Source of the DNA: the human T2T-CHM13v2.0 reference genome, Homo sapiens
NCBI RefSeq assembly: GCF_009914755.1
Contig: NC_060928.1
Reading direction: 5' to 3' (one strand)
Length of the DNA: 64,000 bases
The notes under the pieces were generated by a model. The model had not been told where the DNA came from. It was given only the letters and a program-made list of their open reading frames with translations, and did no database searches. Below are positions 61,187 through 64,000 of the stretch, piece by piece. The position numbers and the translations under genes were made by a program. Position 1 is the first letter of the stretch; every line of letters begins with the position of its first letter.

Positions 61187-63766
61187 CAGGCATACCTCAG
61201 AGATATTTGTGGTCTGGTTCCACACTACCTCAATAAAGTGAATATTGCAATAAAGTGAATTACACAAAATTTTTGGTTTCCCAGTACATATAAAAGTTAT
61301 GTATACACTATACTGTAGTCTATTAAGTATTCAGTATCATTACATTAAAAAATTAGATACTTTAAAAAAATCCTGTTAGCTTTATCTCCAGAATATCTTC
61401 CAATCTACCCACTTTTCTTTATGTCTATCAGTACCGTCATGGTCTAAGCCAACAGCGTGCTTTCCTCAGGCCATCAAAGTAGGCTTTTAACTGGCTCCTC
61501 ACAGGAGACCAAAATGAAGAAAAAGAACAATAACAACAACAAAAATAGATACTTTAATTTAAAAATATTTTATTGGCAAAAAATGTTAACAGTCATTTGA
61601 ACCTTCAGCAAGTCATTTTCATTTTGCTGGTGGAGGATCTTGCCTTGATATTAACAGCTGCTGACTGATCAGCATGATGGTTGCTGAAGGTTAACGTGGT
61701 TGTAGCAGTTCTTAAAATAAGACAACAATGAAGCTACCACATCAACTGATTCTTCTTTCACAAAAGACTGCACCGTATTCTATGATGCTATTTGATAGCA
61801 TTTTACTCACAGAAGAACGTCTTTCAAAATTGGAGTCAATCCTCTGAAACCCTGTCACTGCTTTATCAACTAAGTTTATGTAATTTTCTAATTTCCTTGT
61901 TGTCATTTCAACCATGTTTATAGCATCTTCACCAGGAGCAGATTTCATCTCAAGAAACCACTCTCTTTGCTCATCCGTAAGAGTAGTTCGTTATCTATTA
62001 AAGTGTTATTATGAGATTGCAGAAATTCAATCACATCTTCAGATTCCAGTTCTAATTCTAGTTCTCTTGCTATTCTCACTACATCTGCAGTGATTTTTCT
62101 CCACCGAAGTCTTAAACTCTTCAAAACCATTCATGACAGTTGGAATGAACTTCTTCCAAACTCTTGTTAATGTTGATATTTTGACTTCCTCCCATGAATC
62201 ATGAATGTTCTTAATTGTATCTAGAATGGTAAATCCTTCTGAGATTTTCAATTTACTTTGCCCAGATCCATCAGAGGAATGATCCATCACTATCTATGGG
62301 AGATATCGCCCTACAAAATGCATTTCTTAATAGGACTTGAAATTTAAAACTACTCCTTGATCCATGCACTGCAGAATGGATCAAGAATGGCTGCAGAATG
62401 GATGTTGTATTAGCAGGCATGAAAACCACATTTATCTCCTTGTACATCTCCATCAGAGCTCTTGGGTAACTAGGTACATTGTTGATGAGCAGCAATATTT
62501 TGAAGCACTTTTTTTTTTTAAGCAGTAGGTCTAAATGGTGGGCTTAAAATATTCAGTAAACTATGCTATAAATAGATGTGCCATCTTGCAGGGTTTGTTA
62601 CTGTATTCCTAGAGCACAGGTAGGGTAGATTTAATGTACTTTTTAAGGGACCTAAGGTTTTCAGAATGCTAAACGAGCACTGGCTTCAACTTATAGTCAT
62701 TCGTTGTATTGGCTCTTAACAAGCGAGTCAACTTGTCCTTTGAAGCTTTGAAACCAGGCATTGACTGCTCTTGCTGTGAAAGTTCTAGATGGCATTTTCT
62801 TCCAATAGAAGGCTGCTTTGTCTCCAGTGAAAATCTGTTGTTTAGTGTAGCCACCTTCATTAATTATCTTAGTTAGACCTTCTGGATAACTTGTTGCAGC
62901 TTCTCCATCAACACTGCTACTGCACTTTGCACTTTTATGTTATGGAGACGGTGTCTTTCCTTAAACTGCATGAACCATCCTCTGCTAGCTTTCAACCTTT
63001 CTTCTTCAGCTTCTTCACCTCTCTCAGCCTTCGCAGAATTGAAAAGAGTAGTGCCTTGTGCTGAATTAGGATTTGGTTTAAGGGAATATTGTGGCTGGTT
63101 TGGTTTTCTTTCACGACCACTCAAACTTTCTCCATATCAGCAATAAGGCTGTTTTGCTTTCTTATCATTTGTGTACTCATTGGAAAAGATTTCCATCAGA
63201 AGCTTTTTGTTTACAGTCACAGTTTAGCTAACTGCTTGACATAAGAGGCCTAGCTTTCAGCCTATCTCAGCTCTTATCATGCCTTCCTCACTAAGCTTAA
63301 TCATTTCTAGACTAAAAACACTTAGTCACTTGAAAAGTTAGAGGCCATTGTAGGGTTATTAATTGGTCTAATTTCAATATTGTTGTGTCTTAGGTAGTAG
63401 GAAGGCCTGAGGAGAAGGACAGAGATGGGGAAATAGTTAAATAGTTGTTTGATGAAGCCGTCAGTACACATACAACACTTAATAAGTTCAGTGTCTTATA
63501 TGAGCACAATTCATGGTGCCCCAGAACAATTGCAATAGTAACATCAAAGATCACTCATCACAGATCACCACAACAGATATAAAATAAAAAGTCTGAAATA
63601 TTGCAAGAATTAGCAACATGTGACCCAGAGACAGATTAAGCACATGCTGTTGGAAAAGCGGTACTGATATATTTACTTAATGCAGGGGTGCCACCACTTT
63701 CAATTTCTAAAAAATGAATTATCTCAAAAGCTCAATAAAGCAAAATGCAATAAAACGAGGTATGCA
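61187..63766 (-). mobile_element. Near full-length Tigger1 with decayed pogo-like transposase
   Basis: TIR caggcatacctc at 61187 and gaggtatgc at ~63765; minus-strand fragments [40 protein letters not shown]. Confidence 0.93.
61366..61545 (+). other. TSD-flanked, A-tailed 180-bp insert of L2-like sequence inside Tigger1
   Basis: tagatactttaa at 61354-61365 and 61546-61557; A-rich tail at ~61511-61545. Confidence 0.75.
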
Positions 63767-64000
63767 CATCCTAATCACATCCTAAAGGCCTCACCTCTTA
63801 ATACTGTCGTAATGGCAATTATGTTTCCAACTGATAAACTTTGGAGGAGGCACATTCACATCGTAGCACCATATAAATGAATGCAAAGCAAAATGGGCCC
63901 AAGTAGGTTGTTGAAAAACTAATGGGTAGAAGGGTCTTGGATGCCCACATTAATTGGAGGAAAATGAAAAAGAGACAGTAGGATAATCAATGGCAATAAG

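Larger units (their letters stand above)
60906..63868 (-). mobile_element. MST (C/D-like) solo LTR split by Tigger1 (pieces 60906-61186 and ~63769-63868)
   Basis: TG...CA ends with perfect 5-bp TSD ccata at 60901-60905 and 63869-63873. Confidence 0.85.

Noticed and set aside
61742-63124. Domesticated TIGD1-like transposase gene
   Set aside because: Transposase is split over many frames with stops and sits within ordinary Tigger1 TIRs

Overview
Primate (human-like), AT-rich intergenic or intronic DNA, read by eye. I found no host protein-coding exon, structural RNA gene or CRISPR-like array; the recognisable ORFs derive from repeats and the remainder look like chance. The window is a layered transposon record: one full-length (~6.03 kb) but ORF-disrupted L1PA2-type LINE-1 on the minus strand with a 17-bp TSD, about 22 Alu or Alu-monomer copies, a near full-length Tigger1, several Tigger/hAT MITEs, MaLR/ERV solo LTRs, a decayed ERVL pol segment, and old L1M/L2/MIR debris. 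I see no convincing new multi-gene system. The best candidates for follow-up are: (1) a TSD-flanked, A-tailed 180-bp L2-like insert inside Tigger1 (apparent retrocopy or orphan transduction); (2) a tiny L1 3' end with a probable 3' transduction; (3) a CpG-island-like patch built on an ancient L2; (4) the L1 antisense promoter with a truncated ORF0; (5) an L1 3' end lacking a TSD at a ~1.4-kb gap in its host L1M; (6) a compact RUNX/NF-kB motif cluster; (7) a long AT palindrome between inverted Alus. Subfamily names come from recalled consensus diagnostics and need RepeatMasker/Dfam confirmation; boundaries of old repeats are approximate.
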